In this document: piece after piece, positions 31,925 to 44,515 of the stretch | Position numbering within the stretch: the stretch's first letter is position 1 | Layout of the letters: the number at the start of each line of letters is the position of its first letter | Program-made: the position numbers and the translations under genes | The notes under the pieces: generated by a model | Told to the model about the DNA's origin: nothing | Seen by the model: the letters and a program-made list of their open reading frames with translations, nothing else | The model's database searches: none | Source: Eledone cirrhosa | Lineage: Eukaryota | Length of the DNA stretch: 64,000 nucleotides | Assembly (NCBI GenBank): GCA_964016885.1 | Contig: OZ024746.1 | Span: forward strand, 67,270,001 to 67,334,000 | Reading direction: 5' to 3'

Positions 31925-32343
31925 GGGGCATCAATCACCTGCTCTATTTGAAAAAGGTTACAATTCAATATTGTGGAAATTTAGCGTTGAAACATACGAA
32001 AATAGATGCAAATAAGATTGGGAAAAGGTGGAAGTTGAGAGCTAAACCAATACCTGATATTGAAATCGCTGTAGGAATGTCAGTTAAGGGGCCTAATGAT
32101 TACTTATCCCAAATTCCAGGATACTTGCGATTAGAAGAAATACAAAAGATTGGTAACTGTCCATATATTAAGGAAAAGGCTGTCTATATACGTTCATATC
32201 AAACTTTTAAACATCTAAATATATAGTTTTTCCCTCCGCCTTTGAACATAGTGGACCTTGTGGTCTCTTTGGGTCATTGGTTGTAACTTGGTGATAAAGC
32301 ATATGGACAGAAAGCGCAATCAAAACAAAATAATAATAATAAT
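31925..32343 (+). mobile_element. R4/Dong-like LINE 3' fragment (restriction-like endonuclease end)
   Basis: KIGKRWKLRAKPIP...AVG...YLSQIPG...EEIQK then, frameshifted, TVHILRK resembles the R4/Dong C-terminus; ends in (AAT)n and follows an (AAT)n tract. Confidence 0.6.
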
Positions 32344-32605
32344 TTTGATAGAAAATTCGTAAGAGTTATGTTCAGAGAAATAGGTTCAAATCACAAAATC
32401 TGTCATATCTCATGGAACGAGTCATACTGTGGGAAATGTACTTACTGTTTAAAAGATTTTAAGAAACAACTTGACGGATAAAAAGTAAGAAAAACAACAT
32501 CTCGACTGTTTTATCTATACTGCCCAAGGGACAGTATATTAGCGGAGTAGTAGTAGTAGAGTGGAGATGGTAATATTAGTGGCGATGGTGGTGGTGATGA
32601 GAGTG

Positions 32606-32675
<70 letters not shown>

Positions 32676-32728
32676 AGTGGAGGTGGTGATGAGTGTAGTA
32701 GCAGTAGTGGTAACAAGTGTGGTGGTAG

Positions 32729-32780
<52 letters not shown>
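32606..32780. repeat. (AGT)n microsatellite blocks
   Basis: Directly visible. Confidence 0.9.
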
Positions 32781-32782
<2 letters not shown>

Positions 32783-33102
32783 ATCGAGAGAACTGAGCAC
32801 GCTACGGGTTTTTGATTGTCTGTTTTAGTTATATTTCACCTAGCCTATTAATGTCATTGGGAAATATATGGACGCCATAGCATCAAATTCTCACCTACAA
32901 CATAAATAAATATAAGACCTATTGTCTACTTAAAAGAGAATGGTTGGTATTTCTACTTTTATACACTACCGTACATATATTGAATATTAGTGGCTCATTC
33001 TTTCTCTGTTTGTATGGATACCCCTCTATCATTGTGGTTCTATGTCTCTATGTATATATGTATATATATATATATAAGTATATATATGTATATATATCTA
33101 CA

Positions 33103-33169
<67 letters not shown>

Positions 33170-33373
33170 ATATGCGTTTATATATACGTGTATGTATATG
33201 TATATATATATATATATATGAGTGTTTATATATATGTGTGTGTGTGTGTTTATATATATATATATTTGTATATATATGTATAAATATATATGTATATATA
33301 TATGTGTGTGTGTATATGTGTGTATATGTATTTATATATCTTTCTCTCTCTCTCCCTCTCTCTCTCTCTCTCT

Positions 33374-33436
<63 letters not shown>

Positions 33437-34119
33437 CCTTCCTTCTGTTACACTGTTTCTCTTCGTCTGCAAGCTCTGCATTTCAGCTTGTAGGTAAATG
33501 TTCAATCAATTGAGATATAGTAACTAGGTTGAAGTTCGTCTAACAGTTAAGATTTAAAAACCATTTATCTAGTCGCTGTTTATTCACAGATCTTATCGAA
33601 ATGGAATCAATGCAGATTCATCAAAGCTGTGGTGATATTTCTTATGAATAATAGAAACTGAATAACAAAAACAAAAAGAAAACAATAACACATAAATAAT
33701 TAAATAAATCATATTAAAAATAATTTCTATATTTAAACGAACAAATCAGTTTTCATATATATTTATAAAAAAAGGGCCTTCCGGAGAAATATCCAGACAA
33801 AAAAGATTAATATAACATCATAAAATAGAATGAAATAATATACACTTGAAATAATGCGTAATAATACTTTTAGTGTGATTATTGTCAAGCCTTAGAAAAA
33901 GATATCACGTTTTGAAGAGACGATGTATGGTTACGATAGATATTTATGAAAGTGCATGTGTAGTGACTTTTCTTCACGCATATAAGGAAATAATCGAAAC
34001 CACGAAGTAAATGGACAATAACAGTTACTTAATATCCCTTTAAAAGATAACGCGAGGAGGTAGTTGCTATTTCTAACAGTGACAATACAGGCACTTCAGC
34101 TTTAAAGGAAAACATTGAA

Positions 34120-34470
34120 TCCAGAGAAACGTGGATTATTGACGTTGTTCTTATGGACTTTCAGCGTAGCATAATGTGTGACAATGCTGGTCCAACAAGT
34201 AACAGACACAACTCATTTTATTTATCAACGTGAAATAAAACGCCTTGCTCAAGGACACATCGCAGTGCCTTACGTCATGCCATTGGCAGTATCAGTAGAG
34301 CGTCAGACACCATGTTTAGTAGCATGGAGCTATGGCCCTTTACGTTCTGAGTTCAAATCCCACTGGGGTTAACTTTGCCTTTCATCCTTATGGGGTCGAT
34401 AAAATAAAGTACCAGTAATGCACTGGGATAATTGCTAGCCTTGTGCCAAAAAGTAGAAACAATTATTATT
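34120..34470 (+). mobile_element. Composite SINE: antisense type 2-like body joined to type 1 SINE
   Basis: aaacgccttgctcaaggacac (reverse complement of the type 2 body) joined via ttacgtcatgcca to ttggcagtatcag...gagttcaaatcc; same composite inverted at 49040-49592. Confidence 0.7.
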
Positions 34471-35348
34471 TAGTAATTGGTTAATTAATTTATTTCCAAT
34501 GACACAGTACAGATGTTTCAAACTGTAATTTTTGTCAGTTACCAAATTAATCTCATATAACCCCGTGTATTCAACACATATCTCAGGATCCATGCTGTCC
34601 GCAATAATCATACAATTCATTTCATCTCTATATTGGCTAAGAATCCTTCATGAAAAGCATGTCATGGAAACTTCTAATGTCAATTTATGAAATGGCATTC
34701 ACCGTCATATTGGATAAACCTCCGAAATAGATTTAATTATGGAAATAGAGAAAAATGTGATCGTGTGGTAGTTATCCATTTCTTGAAATTAGTGATCGCA
34801 TGATTCAAGTAATTTGAGGGTGGCAAGACAAAAATAACGTTTCGCTTTACCAGCCTCAACTCCACCACTGGTCACCTCTAAGCCAGCAAACATATAACAA
34901 AATTTATTTCAGCCATGACTATCCGGTTCTTAATCTAGAAATACTTCATGCAATGTATTCTATTCTATGGCATTTGGTGTGACGTAAGCCAGATTTAGGC
35001 GATATTTGTTGAACATAGATTTGACCGAATTTTATTTGAAAACACTATGTTGCCAAGCAATAAAGAATACAAAGAATACCAAAATAAACTTTCCGCGGAT
35101 ATTTTTATAAGTTTAATGTATATTTCACATTATGAAGGTTTCATTTAATATTGTTCAACTTTAGGAATCAGCAAAAGAAACATGAAGAAATGTGGAATTC
35201 ATCAAAGCGAGCAATAAACTTATTAAAGTAGTTCTAAATATGGTTAGTGGATCGCAACAGCATATTTCTATAAACCACCGTACACGAAACTACACATTTA
35301 CACACATAAAAATGCAACTTTCTTTACATGCATTTGTGTGTAAATGTG

Positions 35349-35451
<103 letters not shown>

Positions 35452-36028
35452 GTTATATACATATATATATAGACACGCGCGCGTGTTTGTAGATAGATAG
35501 ATGGATAGATAAATAGATAGATAAATAGATTGATAGATAGATAGATGATAATATAATTTTCCCCTCCTGATTCAATGATATAATTTTCCGAGTGGGAGTA
35601 ATTTTTCTTACGAAAGAATTCAGAAACGTTTACCGTATTATTTGTACAATTAAAGCAGTGTATCTGACCTTCTTTCCTACAAATATAATTTCATGGCAAG
35701 CATCGTCACTTACAGTTATATAAATACTTAGTAAATTACAACAAATATGATTCGTACATATAAACATAACCCTAATAAAAATCTATTAAATTAACCAAAT
35801 TGTATTCCAACGATATAATAATGTTATCATTTCCACATATGAGAGCTAGTACGTTTATAAAAAGATAGAAATTTATTGAAGCGTTCTCAAATCACAATTA
35901 AGTAGACACATGGATTACAGTTTGCAATTTCTTAATTACAACATGCTAACACTTTATATCGTGTTATTGTTTAATAGAATGTTTCTAATGTTTCTAATAT
36001 TATTTCTACATATATATGCGAGCAAGTT

Positions 36029-36080
<52 letters not shown>

Positions 36081-36095
36081 AACGAGTAGGACCCC

Positions 36096-36546
36096 GATAG
36101 CAGTGGAGAGCCGACCAGGAGGTGTAACTGTCCTGATGGATCCCTTTGCCCCCTCGACAACAGATGCAGAGATCGTAATGTGATCTACCAGTGCAACGTG
36201 AGGACGGACACCTCCAACAAAGCTTATATAGGATTAACCGCTTGTGACTTCAAGACCCGGCTATACCAACACAGACATACTTTCCGAAACCCGGCCCGGC
36301 GCCATGCCACTACACTTTCGAGCCACATCTGGGACCTCAAAGATAACAATATAACCTATAATCTCACTTGGAGCTTACTGTCCAGAGCCAACTCTTACAC
36401 GGGAGGACGCCGTCCTTATAACTTATGCTCGGAGGAACATTACAAATGCTGTTTTCGACGGACCAACTCCTAAACAAGAAAGACGAACTGGTAACTGCAT
36501 GCAAACACAGATTGCGTAGGACTTACCTCGCCCTCAAACCCCATAA
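36096..36546 (+). pseudogene. PLE GIY-YIG endonuclease with Cys-rich linker (one frameshift)
   Basis: RRCNCPDGSLCPLDNRCRDRNVIYQC...YIGLT..DFKTRLYQHRHTF...TTLSSHIW...LC.EE / LLNKKDELVTACKH...PP*. Confidence 0.85.
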
Positions 36547-37220
36547 TGACCCGGGGGGGGGGGGGGGGTAGACAAGGGCTTAAACACCCCACTTGCCGAC
36601 TTTGTAATGGGTAACCCCTGCTTATAAAGGTAGACGTAACTTTTTTATATATTCTTTTTATATATTTTTTTATCGTTTCCTCTATATTTCCTTCTTTCCC
36701 CCATCCCTTCCTAGTCCTTCCACTCCAGATCTCCTTCATTGTCGTCGTTCTTTTCACCTTCTCGCCCACTCCGAGGCAGCCCTTCGGTCATCTGTAGCCT
36801 CAGTACCTCCCCTTATTTTATGATAGAATTGGCCGATTCCGCTTTTTATAGCAGATGTGCTAGATCCCAGATACTTACTTTCTTCTCTGATTGCTGCCCC
36901 ATTTCCGTGATATCTAGATTTCTTAGTGGTATTTCTGCTTTAGTTTCTCGTATATAAGTATTTTTTTAGGGGGGTGGGTATTCTGAATTAATTTTTCGTA
37001 TTAGTATTTCATATATATTGTACGAGCTTCTATCCTTAGAATCTGCTGTTGTTGTCACTTTCAACGCTCGACTGGGTTTCCTCCACTCCCTCTCCCTCCT
37101 TCTTCTACTGGCAAGTTCAGCTACGCCTACCTTCCACAAAATTCCATGATAGAATCATGTGTCTTAACAACAAACTCTTGACTAATCCTTGTGACAATTA
37201 CTTTTACCATATATGGAATT

Positions 37221-37316
37221 ACCCCCTGAGAAGTTCGGCTATTCATTTACCAGGATAAAAATGTTCATTTAGTCCAGAATTAGCCGTCGAGACGGCTTGA
37301 GCTCAGCCGTCGAGGT
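37221..37316 (+). ncRNA. Full-length but core-mutated hammerhead ribozyme of family A
   Basis: ACCCC-CTGAGAA-gttCGGCTATTC...GAATTAGCCGtc-GAGA-CGGCT-tgagctc-AGCCG-TC-GAGGT; other copies show the canonical GAAA and GGGGT. Confidence 0.65.
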
Positions 37317-37332
37317 CCTCACTTGTTCCTAT

Positions 37333-37423
<91 letters not shown>

Positions 37424-37429
37424 CATGTA

Positions 37430-37609
37430 TGTATTTGTTCCACAACAATTAAAAAAACTATTTTCGCGGACACGCGTTTCACCTTGTAGATTTTCAACTC
37501 GAGTTGAAAATCCGCAAGGTGAAGCGCGTGTCCTGGAAAATAGTTTGTTAAGTGTTGTGAAATTAAACGCATCTCATGGACTGGGTGCTCGAATTACTAC
37601 GGGTATACC
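37430..37609 (+). mobile_element. PLE-like fold-back element (family L)
   Basis: Palindrome centred on CTCGAG (37498-37503); arms carry GAAA-CGCGTG-TC (left arm, minus strand) and GAAG-CGCGTG-TC (right arm); short tail. Confidence 0.65.
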
Positions 37610-37611
37610 TT

Positions 37612-38230
37612 CCCAGTGTTCCACCAAGCTGACTTGTGGGGTTATGTCGAACAGCTATTGTCGCGTGTAGAACGGATCCGGCTATCGTCCGAGTCCATAG
37701 TGAAGATTGACCCGCCGCCTTCTTTTGGTCAGGAAGGGCAGGCAATTTTCCTCTGCCTGGTGGCAGTAGCGAAAGAGGTTGCATGGTGGACCAGGTTGAA
37801 AGGACTGAAGACAGACACTTTTCTCTTCGGCCAATCCCTCATCAACTTCTTCAAGTTTCACTTGGAAAGGAAGGTGAGGGTGGAGAGAGAAGTGCTGCCC
37901 CCCAGTACATTTACTGAAAGGTGGGTGAATGTGGCGAGAATGGCCCGCGTGAGTGGGCCTACTCTGATCATGCGCCTGTAGGCTGGTGAATTCGAGAAGG
38001 AGAGGGGTGCCCTTCCCGGGAGCCCTAGGAGCGTCGGGTGGCTCAGGACTGGTGGGGTGCTTGAGTCAACCCTGGGTGGTGATCCCTCTTATTGGGGAAC
38101 TTTCATTGTTGTATTTTTATTGTTATTTTGTTTTTTGTTATTTATACTTACTCGATCTCTATGTAAACCCCCACTGTCCCTGTCTATTGTGTTGTCCCCT
38201 ATATGTCGCCCTTGTGGCCAATGAATGAAA

Positions 38231-38270
<40 letters not shown>

Positions 38271-38280
38271 CATTATTATT
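37612..38280 (+). mobile_element. 5'-truncated Tx1-like LINE with (TTA)n tail
   Basis: ORF 37616-37981 aligns with the ORF2 C-terminus at 42860-43381 ([23 protein letters not shown]...WWTRLKGLKT). Confidence 0.9.
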
Positions 38281-38502
38281 GGCGACCTACGTAGTAAATC
38301 GTATTATCGTGAGCTCCGCAAAGTTCTGTTATTTTCAGTTGTTTAAAATGGCCATTTATGGAAGATGTTTATTGTTAACTGTATATAAGTGCACATACAT
38401 TGTTTTCTGAAAAGGACACTCAAAAAGATTGGGGCCTTGAGCCCAAAATTTAAACTTTTATAATTATCAAACAAAAACAAAAAAAAATTTCTTTGAAAAT
38501 TC

Positions 38503-39941
38503 ATGGCCGATTCACAGCTGAACCCAGTAGCTGAGGGCCTTCCTCACAAACTAACACCTCACACCGACACCACCATTGTAAATATTACTACGTTTGCCAA
38601 CACTAAAAATATAAGCAGTAGCAATATTTAAAATTTGTCTCAGGCAGACATTCATTTCCCGCCATTACCAATGACTGCAGGTGTTGAAGCCACCACCCCC
38701 ACAACCACCACAGCGACAACAGAAACAAAATAAAAAAATAAATTATCTCGTGATATCGAAACGAATTCAGCCAAAATGAACTCTTCAACACCGAACACCA
38801 CTGACGCCACCACCACCACAACTGAAACTAAAATTAACAATAACAAAAATAACGATAACAACAATAGCAACAATGAGAATAAGAAAACCCTGTATTTTGC
38901 CAGAGTAGCAAAAAAGTGCGAAGCATTCCAGGTAACTAAGGAGGAATTAGAAGAAGCCAAAAAAATGGTAAAGAAAGATGGGTACAGGGTCAGCCTCATC
39001 CCCCTCTACCTAATAAAATGGAGCATCGGCGCCTATGCACCGTGTCTTATCGGATGATTAACATAAAATCGCGCCGAGTGGAACGGGCATCCGAGTCCCA
39101 AATCCAAAAAGCTTTGGGACATGTGTGGGCTAAAAAAACCCACATGGGCAGAAATATGGAACCGTGCGCGTGTTCTTTGAAACACCACAGGAGGCCAAAG
39201 AACACTCCATAGTCCCCATTAAGAAGTGACGAATTCATACTCGTCCCAAGCTATTGTGGCCAGAGACTCGTGAAGATCAGGGTGACCCACGTTCCGACGG
39301 TCATCGAAATTCCCTGGCTAATGGCTGCCGTCCCCGCCGGCATCGAAGCCAACATCAACATAATCGAAATAGCAAAAGAAAAGCAGGAGAACTGGTCCGG
39401 ATCTGGGATGGAGCTCCTGATCCAAGCGGACAAAAAAAGCATTGAGGAGATCCCAGAGGTAATAGACCTCACTGACGGCAGCCACCTCACCGTAATCGTC
39501 GAGGGCAGAAGGCCTAGGTGTGTCGTTTGTGGTGAAGGAACCCACCTAAGGGCTTTCTGCCCTCAGGCTAAATGGTTGAGGCCAAAAAGCTAAACAGAAA
39601 CAAACCCACAACAAACGCAAACAAAACAAAACAACCAAAACGATACACTCTACACAGCAATAAATTTGAACAACAACCAATTATTACACTACATCCAACA
39701 CAACACCAGCATCACAGAAAAAGACTACACAACAACCCGAAAGTTCACACCACCTCCACACATACAAATCACTCGCATCACACAGAAAACGTACACGTCA
39801 CTAAAACAAAAATTCCCCAAAGACATCGGAGACTTCGGACAAGCACTCTCCAGGATGATTTATAAGGACATCCTTCCGGAAGAGGCCAGAAACAGTGAAA
39901 AGGATGGAGAAACCGTCCTTCCTCTACGAGAAGTAAGGTAA
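38503..39941 (+). pseudogene. LINE ORF1 (gag-like, zinc knuckle); stops and frameshifts
   Basis: MADSQLNP... start; VKIRVTHVP...LTVIVEGRRPRCVVCGEGTHLRAFCP (CX2CX4HX4C). Confidence 0.75.
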
Positions 39942-39975
39942 GTGGTCTTTCCCATCTTTTCCACTCCATTTCAAC

Positions 39976-42900
39976 ATGACCTCACTCAGAATAGGCAACA
40001 TAAATGCGCGTGGCATGGGGTCGTAATGGAAGCAGGGCCACCTGCTCAACGACCTCAGGTCACTAAACATAGATGTAGTGGCCATCAGCGACACCAGAAT
40101 CTCCGAAGCACGGGCCTTCGACCCGGCCTTCGGCGGCTACGATGTGTACGCATCTCCCAGCCGTCCTGGATCGGGGAGGTTTGCTGTGCTTTTTCGGAGA
40201 GGTTTGGATCTCGCCATACGGGCCATCTTCCTGGACCCAGAGGGTAAGATGGTGGTGCTGGACGTGACCAGCGGAGACGGGCAAGCTTTAAGGCTAGTGG
40301 CCGTCTATACCCCGACAGGAGCAGGGCGGCCTGATTTCTTCCGGCGTCTGGAGACCTTTCTTGGAACGTCCCGCTCTTTAGTGTTAGTGGGCGACTGGAA
40401 CGGGATCTTGGATGCACGCTGGGACTCTGTTGGATTAGAGGATAGGGGAGGAGGGTGCAAGAGCCTCACCAACCTGCTCAGGCGTTTTGAACTGTCTGAC
40501 AGCTACCGATTGGATTTCCCGAATGTGCCAATGTGGACTTGGACAAATCGCGTAGGGTCATCCAGATCATATCTAGATAGAGTATTTTGTAGGGAAATAG
40601 ATAGGTCTAGCATAAGCTGTCCACAATTCAAGATAGTCAGCTACACGGACCACAAACTGGTGATCTGTGTGCTTGACTTAGATAGGCTTCATAACGAGGA
40701 CCCGGCTACTGGAAGCTAAACGCGTCCTTACCAACGCGCAAGGCCTACAGAGACCGAATAAGCGAACTAGTTAAGCGGGCGTTGACGGGGGCCATCGTCA
40801 ACAAAAAATGGTGGTTTGCTCTGAAAAGAGCCATTAGAATAGAGTCCATTAGGTTTAGTAAGGCTTTAGCAATAGAGTAAAATAGAGCAGGGGGAGAACT
40901 AGTTAGACAATTAGACGAGGTGCTTAGCAAAGGCATCGCGACCGACGTACTTGCGGCGAAATTGGCCCTTGACCAATTCTTCAATGCAAAGCACGAAGGC
41001 TGCGTTGTCAGAGCTAGGGTGCGTGCTCTCAGACACGAGGGGACGAAAGCCGTTCAATGGGGCTGAGTGGCGGAGGCGCGTCGTGGCAACAAAGCCACGA
41101 TCCGGTCTTTGGTGGACCACGACGGGCGCATGCTACTCGATCCCGGGCAGATGTGTGAAGCTTTTCAGCGACACTTCTCACAGCTGTTCGCGGGCAGCAG
41201 CGGGCCGGATCGAGGGATGGTCTTTAGTGTATACCTCGACTGACTACCGCGGCTCTTGACCACTGAGGCGAAGGTTTCGAAAAGCCGATGACAGCCGCTG
41301 GAGTACAGGAGGTAATGACTGGCTGCACAAGGGGTAAATCGCGTGGTTTGGATGGTCTGCCATATGAACTTTACGTACAGATGCCAGACTTGTTCGGAGG
41401 CCTCTTGGCGGACGTCTACTGCAACTGGTAACAGAACGGGAGAATTCCCAGCCATGTGAGCCGAGGAGCTGTGGCGCTGCTGAGAAAGGATCCGAACAAG
41501 GGGGATAACATAGATAATGTTAGGCCCATAACTCTGCTAAACACAGAGTTCAAGATTTTGGCCAAGGTGCTAGCAAAGAGGTTGGCGCTTGTCGTTGGTG
41601 GTCGGGTGGGAGAGGCGCAGACATGCGCCATTCCCGACAGATCCATCCAAGATAACCTCCACCTCATGCAATACATCGTAGAGAAGATAGCTATGGAACC
41701 TGGAACGGGTGGGTCCTTGATCAATTTAGATCAGTCGAAAACTTTCGATAGCGTCGACCATCGTTACCTTGCGGCAGTCCTGAGGGCGGCTGGTTTTGGG
41801 CCCATCTTCAGAGTCTGGATCGCTGCCATGCAGAGCGATATCTGCTCTGTGGTGAGAGTGAACGGTCACCTTTCGAAACCGTTCAACATCATGCGCTCGG
41901 TCCGGCAAGGATGTCCCCTCTCGTCCCTCTTGTACGTATTGACTCTAGAGCCATTACTGCACAAACTGGAGACGTTGAGGGGGTCCCGCGCGAACTAGGA
42001 TGCGGAAGATCCGTGTCAGCATATGCGAACGATGTCACCGTAGTGGTGTCGAACGCCAGACACATCGAGGCGATCGGCACTACACTTAGAGAATACGAAG
42101 CGGTGACAGTAAAAATGATCAACCAAAAAAGTCTGTGGGCCTGCAGCTCGGCACGTATAGAGGTGGTCCATGCCGTCCAACAGCGTTGTCGGGCGCGGGA
42201 CGGACGGACCGGTTAAATTGCTAGGGGCCTGATTCGGTCTGGACCTCCAGACGGACAAAAACTGGTACGAGGTTACGAGCAGAGTGGCTTCTCTCAACCA
42301 GAAATGGGCGGAGAGGAAGCTATCCCTGAAAGGTCGAGCGGAGGTGGCTAACGCGTACATCGCATCCGTCATCTACTACCGCCTGACCGTCGTACCTTGT
42401 CCTAAGCCCCGCCTGACTGTGCTGGAGCGTTTCATCTTTCGCTTTTTATGGAAGGGACGCGCTCCGATGGTGAGGCGGTCCATCTGCTGTCAACACCCGC
42501 TACGTGGAGGGCTGGGCATGCCATGGCTGATGATGCGCAGACACGCGCTCAGGCTACGACATCTCCACCTCTTCCTCGACGGTGCTCAGGTGTGGTCGCC
42601 GTTTACTAGACGCGTCTTTCCCCAGCTCGTCTCCTTGACGGAGCTGCAGTCCTGGGTCAAGCGAAGACCGAGAGGGAGCGCTTGGAGACTGGAATGTCTT
42701 CAGGCACTCACAGCCCTCGACCAATCGGGCAATGTGATCGGTGGAAACACCACCTTGGCGTTCTATAGAGGATTAGTGGAGGGGAAGAGCGACGACGTAC
42801 TTGGAGAAAATCTAAATCAATTAGCCAATCTCTTCTGAAGAACTTTCTGGCCGGGGCCTATGGGCAACTTCCAGAAATCCCTTGCCTTGCAGTGCTACCG

Positions 42901-43381
42901 AGGAGCTTTGCCAGTTCGGGATAAACTCTACAGGCATGGAGATGCCGTCAGCCGGGCATGTCCGAGATGCGCGCAGGGCGACGAAACCGTCCTGCACGCA
43001 CTCGTCCAGTGTCCGAGCATTGCTGACTTGTGGGTTTATGTCGAACACCTGCTGTCGCGTGTAGCACGGATCCAGCTATCAGCTGAGTCCATCGTGAGGA
43101 TTGCCCCGCCCTCTTCCTTTAGCCGGGAAGGGCAGGCAGTTTCTATCTGTCTGGTGGCCATAGCGAAAGAGATAGTATGGTGGACACGTTTGAAAGGGCT
43201 GAAGACGAGCACTTACCTCTTCGGTGATGCCCTGATTAACTTTTTCAAATTTCATTTGAAAATTAAAATCAGGGTAGAGAGGGAAGTGCTCTCTTCCCCG
43301 CATTTTGTTGAAAGATGGGTGAGAGAGGCAAGAGTGGCCCGAGTGAATGGGCCTTACTCTGAGTATGTGTCTGTAAATTAA
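39976..43381 (+). pseudogene. LINE ORF2 (AP endonuclease, reverse transcriptase, zinc finger); stops and frameshifts
   Basis: NINARG, VGDWN, SYLDR, YTDH (APE); RPITLLNTEFKILAK, LDQSKTFDSVDH, VRQGCPLS, YANDV (mutated YADD); CPRC...ETVLHALVQC. Confidence 0.93.
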
Positions 43382-43689
43382 ATGTGGAAAACTGGGAAAT
43401 GGCACTTACCCTGGTGGTCAGGGTCACTGTGGCTTTTTAATGGGCTTTCTCCACGAATGTCCCTCGGAAGTCTCCCCCCTATTGGGGAATTTTTTCATTG
43501 TTCTATTATTACATCCTCAGTTTTTTTTGGTTTTTTACACGCAGAAATGCCTTTTTGTACCCTCCTGTATTGTCCTGTACTGTCCTTAATGTCTACTTTG
43601 TGTAAACCCTTGTGGTTAATAAAGAAAGCATTATTATTATTATTATTATTACTATATATATATATATATATTATTATTATTATTACTAT

Positions 43690-44152
43690 ATGAGTTCAAA
43701 TCCCGCCGAGGTTAACTTTGCCTTTCATCCCTACGGGGTCGATAAAATAAAGTACCAGTAATGCACTGGGTATAGCTGGCCTTGTGCCAAAAAGCAGAAA
43801 CAATTATTATTACTATATATATATATATATATTATTATTATTACATTGGCAGTATCGGTAGAGGGTCGGACGCCATGCTTTCCAGCATAGTTACGTCCCT
43901 TTACCATCTGAGTTCAAATCCCGCCGAGGTTGACTTTGCCTTTCATCCTTACGGGGTCGATAAAATAAAGTACCAGTAATGCACTGGTAATTGCTGGCCT
44001 TGTGCCTAAAGTAGAAACAATTATTACTATATGAGTTCAAATCCCGCCGAGGTTAACTTTGCCTTTCATCCCTACGGGGTCGATAAAATAAAGTACCAGT
44101 AATGCACTGGGTATAGCTGGCCTTGTGCCAAAAAGCAGAAACAATTATTATT
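43690..44152 (+). mobile_element. Three tandem type 1 SINEs (truncated, near-full, truncated)
   Basis: 43690-43812, 43846-44028, 44030-44152; B box gagttcaaatcc and Meta-like body; (ATT) tails. Confidence 0.9.
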
Positions 44153-44177
44153 ACTATATATATATATATATATAAAT

Positions 44178-44443
44178 ATAAAAACAAATAACGAAACGAA
44201 ATTAAATTTCGTTTCGTTTGTAACTCACTTTTGTATGACTGGCGCTTAAACAATTAAGTTAAAAAACCAGTATGACTCTAAAAACCGGTTTGTCTGTGTG
44301 TTTACATACAGAATAGCTGGACACTCACAGTAAAGTGACCAGTGAAAAACTCGGTACATCTACATATGTATACGTGTGTGTGTTCATATGCATACTAGTG
44401 TTTCGGTATACATATGTGGATGTACATTTTTAACTTAATTATA
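44178..44443 (-). mobile_element. Family F, copy 2
   Basis: Shares both ends with 3353-3486. Confidence 0.55.
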
Positions 44444-44460
44444 TAAATATATATATATAT

Positions 44461-44515
44461 ATTAAAATAACAGATTAAAGTTTAAGCAAAGAATCGCTGC
44501 TTTCATCCTTAACGG
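44461..44515 (-). mobile_element. Family H hammerhead 3'-half fragment
   Basis: Reverse complement of 59285-59340. Confidence 0.65.

Larger units (their letters stand above)
36079..37329 (+). mobile_element. 5'-truncated Neptune-type PLE (family A): GIY-YIG end, 3' region, hammerhead
   Basis: Begins with a 19-nt inverted terminal piece (ggaacgagtaggaccccga), then endonuclease coding sequence, ends with the family A terminus; (TA)n both sides. Confidence 0.85.
38281..43650 (+). mobile_element. Full-length, inactivated Tx1/L1-clade non-LTR retrotransposon
   Basis: 5' UTR, ORF1 with CCHC knuckle, ORF2 with APE, RT and C-terminal zinc finger, 3' UTR, (TTA)n on both sides. Confidence 0.92.

Noticed and set aside
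39976-43381. Active autonomous LINE
   Set aside because: Multiple stops and frameshifts and a YADD-to-YAND change; this copy is dead
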